The notes beneath the pieces were generated by a model. The model ran no database searches. It saw only the letters and a list, made by a program, of their open reading frames with translations, and had not been told where the DNA came from. A stretch of DNA of 63,652 nucleotides, counting the filler, from Octopus bimaculoides (taxonomy: Eukaryota): the NCBI RefSeq assembly GCF_001194135.2. It is 5 parts of 4 records of this genome, joined end to end, with 100 filler letters (N's around TTAATTAATTAA, not from the genome) between each part and the next. Parts side by side here need not be neighbours in the genome. Positions count along the whole stretch, not along the records: positions 39,795 to 61,301 come from NC_068988.1; positions 61,402 to 63,652 come from NC_068986.1; 3 more parts are not named here. The stretch is one strand, 5' to 3'. Shown here piece by piece: positions 51,746-63,652 of this stretch (the stretch's first letter is position 1; each line of letters starts with the position of its first letter). The position numbers were made by a program, and so were the translations under genes.

Positions 51746-52214
51746 TAGGTAGGATTTACAACAGAAGTTGTAAATCATGGGGTTTTGTTTATGTTATTGT
51801 TGTTTAGCAGTAGGTTAGCCCTTATCAAGCAGATCCATGATCCAAAGTGTTCCAACTGTAACCATACCAACTTTGTCCTTCCACTTTTTAAGATAGTAGT
51901 TTGTAATCTGAAGGACATTTACTCGTTAATTCTAACAGTTGTAACGGCCACATTGTCTCTGTTTTGTGGGTTAATGTTGTTGTTGCCATTCGTCTCTGTT
52001 TTGTGGGCAAATGTTGTTGTTGTTGCTATTGCTTTCGTTATTGTTGTTTAGTCTCGAGTCTGCCCTGATTTAGCAGTTCTATAGTCAAAGACAATCCAAT
52101 CGCGACTAAGTTGTCTATTTTTTTCTATTTTAATATAACTATTCAATATATTTATTAAAAAAAAAACATCGTGGCGTGATTTGTCTACTGTTTCTTACAG
52201 ATCAATGAATTAAT

Positions 52215-52252
<38 letters not shown>

Positions 52253-52761
52253 CTTTATTAGTTCATTGGCAGGAAGAAGGTGTATGGCATAGTGGAAAGA
52301 GTGTTCAGCTCTTAAACGTGAAATTGTGAGTTCGATTCCTTACTGAGATGGATTAATGGGTTGTGAGAGAAATCGGGTAGATTCACTTGTAGCATCACCA
52401 TCTGGTCCTTGGGTGTCCTCATTGAGCATACTGTTGTAAGCACTCGGAACAGGCTTCTAGTCTGAGGACCTCAAGCTTTTTTTCTTCCACAAGTATTCGG
52501 AAAAAAAAAATTCTTCTCTGCTTTTCATCTCACTCAGCTTGAGAAAAAATATAAGCCGTAGAAATGAGATAAGATGTGCAGGATTTTAGTAATTATTTAT
52601 TAGTTTGTTTGAAAAGTTAATAATTCTGAGAGTGAGTGTAATGTGTGACATGTAATAATGTTTTATAATTTGCATATAGGTAAGTAGTGGTTCGTAAGGA
52701 GATGTCTTTAGTGTAACTGCTTAAAGCCAAAATCCTACCGTGTTTATGTCTGCATTGAATT

Positions 52762-52985
52762 ATTAGGCAGCGAGCTTGTAGAATCGTTAGCTCGTCGAAC
52801 ATAATGCTAAGTGACATTTTTTCCGGCTAGTTACGTTCTGAGTTCAAATCCCACCAGGATCAACTTTGTTTTTCATCCTTTCATGGTAGATAAAATAAAG
52901 TACCAGTCAAGTCCTGGGTCAATGTAATCGACTAATCCCCTCTTTCTAAAATTGCCGGCCTTATGCCAAAATTTGAAGCAGTTAT
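52762..52985 (+). mobile_element. SINE family C
   Basis: aggcagcgagcttgtagaatcgttagc...gttctgagttcaaatcc. Confidence 0.8.
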
Positions 52986-53265
52986 TTCAGCTATATATCA
53001 AATTTTCCCATTACTTTCTGAGATTATTAGATTAATGCATTATTAGATTAATCGCCAGAGTATTTATTCCTGCACTCTTTATATTCTAATGTTCAAATCT
53101 TGTCGAGGTCAACTTTACCTTTGAATTTCCACCACCCAGAGTCAATAAACTAAAGTACCAGTCAATCACTAGGTTCGATTTGACCAGAGGATTCCTTTCG
53201 ACTAATTCCTGTTCTTATATCTTTGTTAGAAGTAATTATTTCTGCTCTGTATTAAACCTTACCAT

Positions 53266-53422
53266 CACTAGCGTAGCTGGGTAGGGGCGGTCCGCCCCGG
53301 GCGGCACTTTTAAAGGGGTGGCACTTTTGGGTCTGCTGTAGGCAATATGTGTTTTTTTGTGAAGTCCGGGGCGACAAACGGAAGGGCCGCCCCGGGTGGC
53401 ACACACTCTAGCTTCGCTAGTG
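53266..53422. mobile_element. hAT MITE (157 bp), same family as 50237-50402
   Basis: TIR cactagcgtagctgg / ctagcttcgctagtg; perfect TSD cttaccat. Confidence 0.93.
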
Positions 53423-54016
53423 CTTACCATTATTATATCAGATTGCTAGAGTGGTGCGGAGGTAGAGTCATATAAAATGCTTTGACGTATTTGTTCCAGC
53501 TCACCTTATGCTCTGCTTTCAAATTTCGCTAAGAGCCAGCTTTGCCTTTTATCTTTCCAGGGTCAATAAGTACCAGTTAAGTACCGGAGTCAATATTATT
53601 GACTGCCCCACCCTACCAATCTTGTGCTTACATTAGAAACGATTATCTTTTCTTAGACCACCCAAACAACAAGTGGTTTATGAATCTTGTATTGTAAGAC
53701 TGAGAAAAAAATTCTAAGCCCGAAAATAGTGATAGCACAATTGGCAGAAAATTGGCAGAAAATTGGCAGAAAATTTACAGACGAGAACTTTCATACAGTG
53801 TCCTCTTGTGTTAAATATAGGGAGTCACAACAGTTTTAGCCCGCACCCCCACCCAGCTTGATATAGGAGCAGCGCTGGATTAACCATTAAGCAAAATAAG
53901 CACGTTCTTAGAGCCTCAAGAGAAGTGTGGCATCACAGAAATGGTAAATGGTTTACGGTACAAAAGAAATCACTTTAAACTTGCTAAAATAGAATTCGAA
54001 GTGGTTTATATGATCA

Positions 54017-55079
54017 TGTAGTGTAGACGCGGGTGTAATTCCTCTCACCCATTTATTATATATACGTGCACTCAAATGTAGCAGGGAACAGCTAGCCTTT
54101 GGCCACTATTTGGATCCCATTGTGACCACTATTCTGATTGATTGGTATTGGCGCAATTTGTCTCTTACTCGATTGCGCCAACTGCCGCGTACAACCAAGC
54201 GGAGGCCCTAAATACGATCACGTGGGACAGCCTGTTCACTACCCTGATTTGAGCCTACAGTTCCTTATAAAAACCCAGCTTCTCCTCGTCTCGAAGTTTT
54301 TGGTTCCAGACCTTTTAAGGTCTAGCCACTGACCACAAAGACACAGCCAGTTCCAGCGACAACACCACCACCACCACCACAGCAGCTACGTTGAGACTTA
54401 CCAGCTTCGTCCAACAACATTACGGCAACCTCCTTCTTCGTTGTCTCCATCATGTCCTTCTTAACGTCGTCAGCATCATCTCTCTACGAGCACAGCTCAG
54501 CAAGCAATTCACCCAGGTTCCAACACTTCACTGTTCGTGAATTACTTCACCATGGATCAATAGCGAATATACAACCTGCAAGAACTCCTGTCTCAAGTGA
54601 CCCAGGCAGCAGCATCACAGCCACGACTTCAGTTACGACATGTACCTGCAACCGGCTCGGATCAAGGCCACGACTTCTTGATACAGTGTTTCAACTACCG
54701 TGTACTAATGACTACGAACTGGTATTATTTATCTTTCTTGTGTCTATGAACTTACTCCTCAATTCGATGGCTATAGACTCTTTCACTGTCTCCTTCTTCA
54801 TTGCCATCCTTATATGTTCTTAACACGCGCATACATCTATGCTTAAGCACACATACATTTTGATCTCATGACGACCTGTCTATTATTCTGTATACATGAT
54901 GCACACACAGACACGCATGTTAACATATCAATAAATCTTCTCTTAATCATTCTACGCAGTTTTGTCTCCTTTTTCCCTCTAGCATTTATTTGTACCATTC
55001 AGTTCTCTTTATCGTAGTGGCCGTGTGATGTGTTACTAAAGAGCCATTCTCTTCACCTCATATCGCACGGTCTCTTACA
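54017..55079 (+). mobile_element. Solo LTR (Gypsy-like), about 1.06 kb
   Basis: TGTAG...TTACA termini, TATA-like tataaaaa at 54266, AATAAA at 54930, flanks atca/atcg; exact 5' end uncertain. Confidence 0.6.
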
Positions 55080-55097
55080 ATCGAAAGTATAATTTCG

Positions 55098-55268
55098 GGA
55101 TCTTTCTGATTTGACGGGCAACACTTTTCATTTATGTTTTATGTAGTGTTTTTGGTACCGAAACACTTTCAAACTTCGTATACTTGTATATTTTGTGTTA
55201 TACAGTATCCCAAGTTTGAAAGTGTTTCGTTAAGAAAACAAGTGGTGCCCGTCAAACCAAAAAGATCC
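55098..55268. mobile_element. Foldback MITE with GG termini and 8-bp TSD (Merlin- or Mutator-like)
   Basis: TSD taatttcg at 55090-55097 and 55269-55276; ggatcttt...tttgacgggca vs tgcccgtcaaa...aaagatcc; inner IR cgaaacactttcaaactt / aagtttgaaagtgtttcg. Confidence 0.8.
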
Positions 55269-55834
55269 TAATTTCGAAATGTTCGTGGCATCATAGCGAG
55301 GATCTGATCAAAGATTTTGCAATTTAAAAAAAAAAAAAAAAAGCAGGAGAAAACTTTTCAAATATAAATATAGCATTATTTTCAATCTTACCGTAAGTTC
55401 TATTTCATTTTGAAAACTAAAGATATATTTAATGGTTTATCGCTGTTTACATTTTGTATGGGGGAACCAAAATCTTTCTAAGTACCTAGGTCCTTTATGA
55501 GACTTAATCCGGCCCTGTGTAGGAGTATGTGTTTGTAACAGCATTGTCATACAATGTTGCACGTATTATGCGGATTGCGCGTGTTTTACTTATTGTACGT
55601 ATCGTATTTCAGGTGTTTCATTGTATTGTGCGCGTAAATTTTGAATAAGTAGTGAGTGAAAAGACAGGTTTGTTGGGGGTGGATCACGGCATATGAATGA
55701 AGGTATGATAGTTATGTTGATTTGATGTCCTGAGATATAGCTAACCAGCATGTATATAAAGTAGCTGTGGGGTGTCTGTTTTGAATGAAGAGACTGAGTG
55801 AGGACAATAAAGTCGAATGTCGGCTATGGTAGGA

Positions 55835-55896
<62 letters not shown>

Positions 55897-56236
55897 GGCA
55901 CTCCGTCGGTTACGATGACGAGGGTTCCAATTGATCCGATCAACGGAACAGCCTACTCGTGAAATTAACGTGCAAGTGACTGAGCACCTCGGGGAGATTC
56001 AGTGTGACAAGGCTGGCTCTTTGAAATACAGGTACAACAGAAACAGGGTACTACAGAAACAGGAAGGAAGAGTGAGAGAAAGTTGGGGTGAAATACAACA
56101 GCAGGGTTCGCCACCAACCCCTGTCGGAGCCTCGTGGAGATTTAGGTGTTTTCGCTCAATAAACACTCAAAACGCGAAACCGCGATCCTATGACCGTGAG
56201 TCCGCTGCCCTAACCCCTGGGCCATTGCTCCTCCAC
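55897..56236 (-). mobile_element. SINE family B with internal deletion
   Basis: Colinear with 1970-2352. Confidence 0.85.
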
Positions 56237-57246
56237 TTATATATACATGAAATATGTAAGAAGTAACGAATACTTCAATCTGATGGTTAGGTGGGAAACG
56301 ACGGTTAGTTGTGGGTGGTAGTCTTTTCAGCGATTTCTTGTTATCGTAGTTTCCACGAGAGGCGTTGATTTTTACTGCAGTTTANNNNNNNNNNNNNNNN
56401 NNNNNNNNNNNNNNNNNNNNNNNNNNNNNNNNNNNNNNNNNNNNNNNNNNNNNNNNNNNNNNNNNNNNNNNNNNNNNNNNNNNNNNNNNNNNNNNNNNNN
56501 NNNNNNNNNNNNNNNNNNNNNNNNNNNNNNNNNNNNNNNNNNNNNNNNNNNNNNNNNNNNNNNNNNNNNNNNNNNNNNNNNNNNNNNNNNNNNNNNNNNN
56601 NNNNNNNNNNNNNNNNNNNNNNNNNNNNNNNNNNNNNNNNNNNNNNNNNNNNNNNNNNNNNNNNNNNNNNNNNNNNNNNNNNNNNNNNNNNNNNNNNNNN
56701 NNNNNNNNNNNNNNNNNNNNNNNNNNNNNNNNNNNNNNNNNNNNNNNNNNNNNNNNNNNNNNNNNNNNNNNNNNNNNNNNNNNNNNNNNNNNNNNNNNNN
56801 NNNNNNNNNNNNNNNNNNNNNNNNNNNNNNNNNNNNNNNNNNNNNNNNNNNNNNNNNNNNNNNNNNNNNNNNNNNNNNNNNNNNNNNNNNNNNNNNNNNN
56901 NNNNNNNNNNNNNNNNNNNNNNNNNNNNNNNNNNNNNNNNNNNNNNNNNNNNNNNNNNNNNNNNNNNNNNNNNNNNNNNNNNNNNNNNNNNNNNNNNNNN
57001 NNNNNNNNNNNNNNNNNNNNNNNNNNNNNNNNNNNNNNNNNNNNNNNNNNNNNNNNNNNNNNNNNNNNNNNNNNNNNNNNNNNNNNNNNNNNNNNNNNNN
57101 NNNNNNNNNNNNNNNNNNNNNNNNNNNNNNNNNNNNNNNNNNNNNNNNNNNNNNNNNNNNNNNNNNNNNNNNNNNNNNNNNNNNNNNNNNNNNNNNNNNN
57201 NNNNNNNNNNNNNNNNNNNNNNNNNNNNNNNNNNNNNNNNNNNNNN

Positions 57247-57306
<60 letters not shown>

Positions 57307-57759
57307 GTTTTTATTCTATAAAATTGTGTGCGTTTAAATGCGAATGTTTTAATCAACAGCATCAACAATGCAAAAAAAATAAATGTCGCTTAATTTAAGA
57401 ACATTTTTAGAAAAAAGTATTCAAGTTCTATTTCGGTTTTGTATTTAGTTTGGAGGATTCTTGATATGAACCAATGTATTGAAACAACTTTTGCTGTATT
57501 TCGGGAAGGTCATTATGCCAATAATAAACACGCACTGGTTCAATTTTACTTCCTTATTATTGTGACGTTCCTTTATGTGGTGTTATTATTATGACAAAAT
57601 TTACATTAAGATCATTTAAAATTTTCATGTTTGAATCTCCATCCTTAAAAAAAAAATCTTTCTAATCCTACAGTTTGAATCGTAATTTATTAAATAAACG
57701 TAAATAATTAAAAGTTAATCACCAGTATATATTTGTCTTTAAAGTAAGTGACAGCATAC

Positions 57760-58000
57760 AGCGGCGAGCTGGTAGAATCGTTACTACTCTGGACAAAATG
57801 CTTAGCGGCATTTCTTCCGACTTTTCGTCCTGATTTCAAATGCGGTTAGGGTTGACTTTGCCGTTTATCCTTTCGGAGTCGATAAAATAAGTACCAGTTT
57901 AGCACGGAGTCGTTAAAATAAGTACCAGCTGAGCAGTGGGTCGATATAATCAATTTTCCCCCTACCGCGAAATTGTTGGCCTGGTGCCAAAATCTGATAC
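57760..58000 (+). mobile_element. SINE family C with internal aaaataagtaccag duplication
   Basis: gcggcgagctggtagaatcgtt head; aaaataagtaccag twice. Confidence 0.8.
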
Positions 58001-58611
58001 CAAATTGACAACATTGTATATGCAGCTGGTAAATTAATGGACAAAGGCTGTTACAATAGCAGGAGAAAGACAGATAGTAATAAAAAGATAGAGAGAAAGG
58101 TTACAGCATGATAATAAGCCAAAAATCAAAGTGTTTTCAATGAAAGTAAACGAAAAACAAAAACGAAAATAACTACAGCAATAAAAAAGCCCAGCTGTTT
58201 CGTACGCCACATATCTTTGTAATCCAATTAATTTCATACGACATTAAAATCCTCGATGAAACTGGATATTAATTTCCTTAGCGTTCATATCCAGTGAAGA
58301 ATGAAGGCATCTTTGTCAGAAGCTTAATTCGCAACAGAACTTGTTCAAAGATAACGAAAACACAAATGTTTGCAGACAAACGTTTTAGAAGCGACTGAGT
58401 CTCACTTTGCTGCTCCAATGAAATGAAAACCTCACTGAAATGAGATACAGCGACCAAAATAAATGGAAGAATACAATGCAAAGAATAACATGACAGATTC
58501 AACTCTTGATCAAGCTTTTCAGCTCCCTTGGCTGTCCACCTTTGCTTTCCTGAAGCTACTTAAAGAGTGGATCGAACAATGGGCAGGTAGAGTTGCTGCA
58601 ATATAGTGGAC

Positions 58612-58770
58612 AAGCTTCCACACAGTTTCCGTCTGTTAAATTCATTTATAGCGTATTAGTCGGGCCGGGGCGGGCTCTGGTAGAAGACACTAGCCCAAGG
58701 TATCGCATGGTGTGACTAAACCCGAAGCAACCCAGTTGCAAAGCGAGCTTCTTAATCACACAGCTATGTA
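58612..58770 (-). mobile_element. SINE family A 5' half, diverged
   Basis: cacagtttccgtc...gtagaagacactagcccaagg. Confidence 0.65.
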
Positions 58771-58779
58771 AATATCTTC

Positions 58780-59540
58780 CTCTTAGAGAGGACCTCCATT
58801 AGTTACTCCTCCCTGACGATATGGTTGTGTGTCGATAGCAGGACTATTATGTCTCAAACGTTGCCTCATCCTTGCTACCCGAATCGTGGAAATCTATCGT
58901 AGTGCTGTTGTTTGTAAAACAGATGTCAAATACGGATATATGGTACCTAGTTTCATGAACTTGCTTCACATGAACTTCTTTGGCCATGGATAGCGCTCGC
59001 GTATTCTTTTCTCGATACTTTTGGCAGTCCCTCCAATGCAGAAGTAGCTGTTATACAGAAACTGGGACTTTTAATGGAGAGACAAAGCACTCTTCTACCA
59101 AACAGCTTGCTTCCAGTCGAGAACATCAGATTGATTTCAACTTTTTGGGGACTTTTTCATTAACATGTACTTGCAGCCAGCCATGTGCCTATACATTATG
59201 TATGATACATAAATGTCTCTTTTAATTTAATACTGCCCCCAATTGTGTATACCGGAATTTTATTCAGCCGGGCGGCTATTCGCAACATCAGTGAACGTTT
59301 TTTTCCCTGTCTCCTATATCGACGAATTTTCGTCCAGGCATATGGCTGGTTGCGAATACACATCATTGAAAAGACCCAGAAAAGCCGAAATATATTTGGC
59401 GTTCATGCTGACAGTTGGTGGTGCGACTGTTTGTCTCTCTCAGATCATCTGTGTTTTTCACACAGCACGTCCATGAAATATATTATCTCAAGGTGAATAC
59501 CACAGTAACTAGCCTATAAATAGTGTATATATATATATTA
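58780..59540 (+). pseudogene. Possible heavily decayed class A GPCR
   Basis: Ordered fragments across frames resembling TM4 (SILLAVPP), TM5 (LILPPIVYTGIL), TM6 (RKAEIYLAFMLTVGGATVC) and TM7 (LAY..CI.YIY); many stops; by-eye only. Confidence 0.3.
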
Positions 59541-59586
59541 AGTATGATTCATAGATGACTACATTGATGTGTGTGTGTGTGCGCGC

Positions 59587-59630
59587 GTTGTTGACGTCAT
59601 AAGAATTAAAATTGTTATGACGTCAACAAC
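59587..59630. promoter_or_regulatory. Perfect 16-bp inverted repeat carrying two full CRE sites
   Basis: gttgttgacgtcataa-12 nt-ttatgacgtcaacaac; TGACGTCA at 59592 and 59618. Confidence 0.4.
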
Positions 59631-60921
59631 ACATAATTTCTCGCTGGTAAGAATGAAGTTTCTAAAATGAATAGAGAAATTCGAGGGATTGTTTCGGTCC
59701 AACGGTAGATCACCTGTCATGTTTACTAAAGATGTGAGTTGGAGTCTCACGGCCAGCCTTCGGCCCTTTCTATTCAAAGGGACGGTTTTTATCCCAAATT
59801 TTACGCGCAATTATTCATAGCTTTATCTGCTATGAAATGCACAGTTCTAAAACAGCTCTACGTAGATCACTACAGGGAGAAAAACCCGATATCTTCTGTT
59901 AATTCAAATGTTTGGAAAACAAATATAATGTGTTTAGGAGTATGTCCTATCTTTATAAGCGAGTCTGTATCCATGCCAGATTTTTTCTTTACACTGGCTT
60001 CAAAAGCAATGTTATTTATTTCATGTTCTCTTATGCCTTGCAATTATAGCGGTTCAACAAATTGAGAAGGTTAAAATAAGCATCTGACTTAATTAAGTAA
60101 TGGGGCCGATATGATCGACTGGAAGCTTTTAAATGTAGGGCCCCAGCATGGCCGCACTTGAATGGCTAAAACCAGTAAACGAATAAAAGAAAAAAAGTAT
60201 ATGCGATATTTTAAAGTGTTATTGATGTGTGTAAATGTCGGTCAGTGATGTAATAGGTGCGTGTGTATGTGTGTGAGTGTATATATGAACGTTACATAGA
60301 CATCTATAATATATCCGTATATATNNNNNNNNNNNNNNNNNNNNNNNNNNNNNNNNNNNNNNNNNNNNNNNNNNNNNNNNNNNNNNNNNNNNNNNNNNNN
60401 NNNNNNNNNNNNNNNNNNNNNNNNNNNNNNNNNNNNNNNNNNNNNNNNNNNNNNNNNNNNNNNNNNNNNNNNNNNNNNNNNNNNNNNNNNNNNNNNNNNN
60501 NNNNNNNNNNNNNNNNNNNNNNNNNNNNNNNNNNNNNNNNNNNNNNNNNNNNNNNNNNNNNNNNNNNNNNNNNNNNNNNNNNNNNNNNNNNNNNNNNNNN
60601 NNNNNNNNNNNNNNNNNNNNNNNNNNNNNNNNNNNNNNNNNNNNNNNNNNNNNNNNNNNNNNNNNNNNNNNNNNNNNNNNNNNNNNNNNNNNNNNNNNNN
60701 NNNNNNNNNNNNNNNNNNNNNNNNNNNNNNNNNNNNNNNNNNNNNNNNNNNNNNNNNNNNNNNNNNNNNNNNNNNNNNNNNNNNNNNNNNNNNNNNNNNN
60801 NNNNNNNNNNNNNNNNNNNNNNNNNNNNNNNNNNNNNNNNNNNNNNNNNNNNNNNNNNNNNNNNNNNNNNNNNNNNNNNNNNNNNNNNNNNNNNNNNNNN
60901 NNNNNNNNNNNNNNNNNNNNN

Positions 60922-60992
<71 letters not shown>

Positions 60993-61582
60993 GTACATAT
61001 ATATGTATATATATGTGTGTGTGTGTACATACACATACATTCATACATCATACGTATGTGAGTGTATGTGTATATACATGCATATATATATATATAAATA
61101 TACATATATATATAAATATACATACATACATATATGTAAATATATGTTATCTAAAGTTGTTATTGATGTATGTATATGTTGTTCAATGATGTTATTGATA
61201 CGTGTATATAAGTTATGTATGTATTTACGTTAAGTGTACATGTTATGCATGTAACATGTACGTACGTCCGTATACGTATGTATATATATATATATATATA
61301 TNNNNNNNNNNNNNNNNNNNNNNNNNNNNNNNNNNNNNNNNNNNNTTAATTAATTAANNNNNNNNNNNNNNNNNNNNNNNNNNNNNNNNNNNNNNNNNNN
61401 NTGTATATATATATATATTTATATATATATATATAAGTGTGTGTGTGTGTGTTTGTGTGTGTGTATGTGTATGCCTATACACATGCACACACATTTCTAT
61501 ACATGTGTGTCTGCCTGTCTGTCTATCTATCCATATATATATATATATATACTCACACTCACGCGAGCGCACACACACATAT

Positions 61583-61626
<44 letters not shown>

Positions 61627-62289
61627 AATTATCTGCTGTAGTCTATCTTATAATGATTGATGAACTGATAGTTAATCTTCATCTAGTTTCTGCGCCAAAA
61701 TTAATTGAAAAATACTATTTAGACCAATATCTTTGTTTTGATGATGAGAAATGAAGTGAGTCGTTATCTTCAACAAAATAAATAAATAAATAAATAAATA
61801 AATAAATACTAGCTGTAACAACTGCCAGATCTATAATGCTATTTCTTTTTTAGTGTCTAATATTGATTGATTGTTTCGATACTGAGACAGTTTTTTGTTT
61901 TTTTTAACGAATCAACCCTTTCGTTTAAAAGCTGAGCGTTGAAATATTGACTTAAAAATCTGTTGTACTGTTACAGGAAGCAGTGTTAATTATAGTCGAC
62001 CGGATTTCACTTGGAGAAGCGATCAATGACATTGTAACAATAGAATACGTCCTCCAAATTTGAGAATTGCTTCGCAAAGCAAAATATCAAATGGCGAAGT
62101 GTCAAGATGTTGTTTCGAATCCTAATCTAAATCCGTTTTGTATTTATTTCTAGTTGTTTAATATTTTAAAATAGCGTATTTATTTGTGTATAAATCAGAC
62201 TATTTTATACTTGAATTTACCTGGAAAAACTAGTGAGCGGTTTTCCCTTCGTAGGGTAAAAAAAATTTGTACCAAGACTTAATGCTAAA

Positions 62290-62325
62290 TTAGGAGTGCA
62301 ATTTATACGCGAATATATAAGGTCA
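62290..62325. mobile_element. Possible Tigger/pogo-like terminal repeat remnant
   Basis: gtgcaatttatacgcgaatatataaggt resembles gtgcgacttatacgcgagtatatacggta; no partner end found. Confidence 0.3.
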
Positions 62326-63089
62326 TAGTGTAGCAGATATATTTAAAAGCAGGTTAATCCGTCTGTAACTTAATCCGCATAGCCTTACACTTGAATGAAG
62401 TTTTGTTAGCGTTGAAGGGGAGATATAGCTTTCTGTGGATGGGTATCTAACTTTCTTCTACAAAAGAAATTTAGCTAGAAACTGGAAACTAACGAATCCC
62501 TCGTTCAATAAACAGCTGTGATTTATATGTGTTTGTATATGTGTGCGCATGTGAGTATGGATGTTTGTATGTATGTATATAACATATGTATCGTATATAT
62601 GTACCTGTATATTATGCTCGTACGAACAAGTGTACGACCGCACTTACATATGATATGTGTTTAGACGTGGACATCATTGCATACGTTGATATCTAAATAT
62701 CTAAGGACTATTTAAGGAATATTGGTGTCAAGTTTATTATGTTTACATTATATTGAGGTTTTCACTTGGACATTCCACCAGTATTCCTTTTTATTATGAA
62801 TGCCTTTGGCTCCACCACCCGGTGGGTTCTTATTTGTTTGTCCTCGGGGTTATTCTTCCGACGAATCTCTTTATAGAGTATCCTAGCTATATCATGTCTC
62901 ATCGGTAGATAATACCATGATGACATTTTCGGACAATGTATGTATGTATTTATTCATGTACGTACGTATGTGTGCGTGTATGGGGGCATGTTACGCTTTT
63001 AAGGGAAGTTGCTCTGTTTTAAAAACTAGTCGGACAGTTTTGAGAGGGAAATGGCTAATATCGGTCGTCTGATTGACCATTCCAATTTA

Positions 63090-63652
63090 ACAGCGAATGA
63101 AATACAAGGACAGCAGTACCAACCTCAACAACATCGGCGAAAGCTACAACAGCAATAACGTCATCGATAACGATACCAGTAATAACAATTACAACGACAA
63201 TAACAACAACAACAGCAGGGGCATCTGTACTGTTAATGACCAGAACAACAGCTGCAAAAGCGGCAGCAGAAACAGAAGTAGAAACAGCAACAGTAGCAAG
63301 AACAACAACGAGGAGACCGTTTACCATAATACTGTGAATATTATTCCGATTGGCTGTTCGGATGCGTAATTACTAAAATCATAAACATGAGCAATAAACA
63401 GCAATAACAACAGCGGCAGCAATTCCTCTTCACCTCCTTTTCCTTTTTCTTTTTCTCATCCACGCCCTACTCCTGCTCCTCCTCTCCATCCTCCTCTTCT
63501 TTCTCCTCTTCTCCTTCCCCTCCTTCTCCTCCTCCTCCTCCTCCTTCTTCTTCTTCTTCTTCTTCTTCTTCACCTTCTTCTTCTTCTTCTTCTTCTTATT
63601 ATTATTATTATTCGCCTCTACTACTACCACCACCACCACCACCACCACCACC
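63090..63652. repeat. Compound trinucleotide tract (CAA-rich, then CTC, CTT, ATT, ACC)
   Basis: Direct reading. Confidence 0.9.

Larger units (their letters stand above)
53870..55517 (+). mobile_element. Non-autonomous hAT element hosting two nested insertions
   Basis: TIR cagcgctggattaa / ttaatccggccctg; TSD tataggag / tgtaggag; C-terminal relic DLIKDFAI*..A at about 55280-55350. Confidence 0.85.

Noticed and set aside
54452-54823. 123-aa S/T-rich ORF
   Set aside because: Lies inside the inferred solo LTR; no domain recognised
63055-63651. N/S-rich, V/A-rich and K/E-rich ORFs at the window end
   Set aside because: Compound trinucleotide repeats

Overview
Repeat-dominated animal genomic DNA with about 7.4 kb (about 12%) of assembly gaps. 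It is most likely from an octopus/cephalopod draft assembly; this is an inference from the SINE repertoire and extreme microsatellite density. I find no intact protein-coding gene, tRNA, rRNA or CRISPR array. The ORFs I could interpret are gap read-throughs, microsatellite translations or transposon relics; the remaining short ORFs match nothing I recognise. The window holds many tRNA-derived SINEs (working labels A-E are mine), a CR1 LINE 3' end, RTE-, Penelope- and Dong-like fragments, a decayed hAT transposase, an internally deleted mariner, a Helitron-like relic and several MITEs with TSDs. One hAT element carries both a solo LTR and a Merlin-like MITE. The most notable signals are three Penelope-type minimal hammerhead-ribozyme-like motifs with non-canonical cores, a ~300 bp near-perfect foldback, a MITE carrying an NRF1/X-box/CRE/CCAAT motif cluster, visible SINE module shuffling and a possible decayed GPCR. 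I cannot support a wholly new biological system from this sequence. All alignments were done by eye; boundaries without a TSD are approximate.
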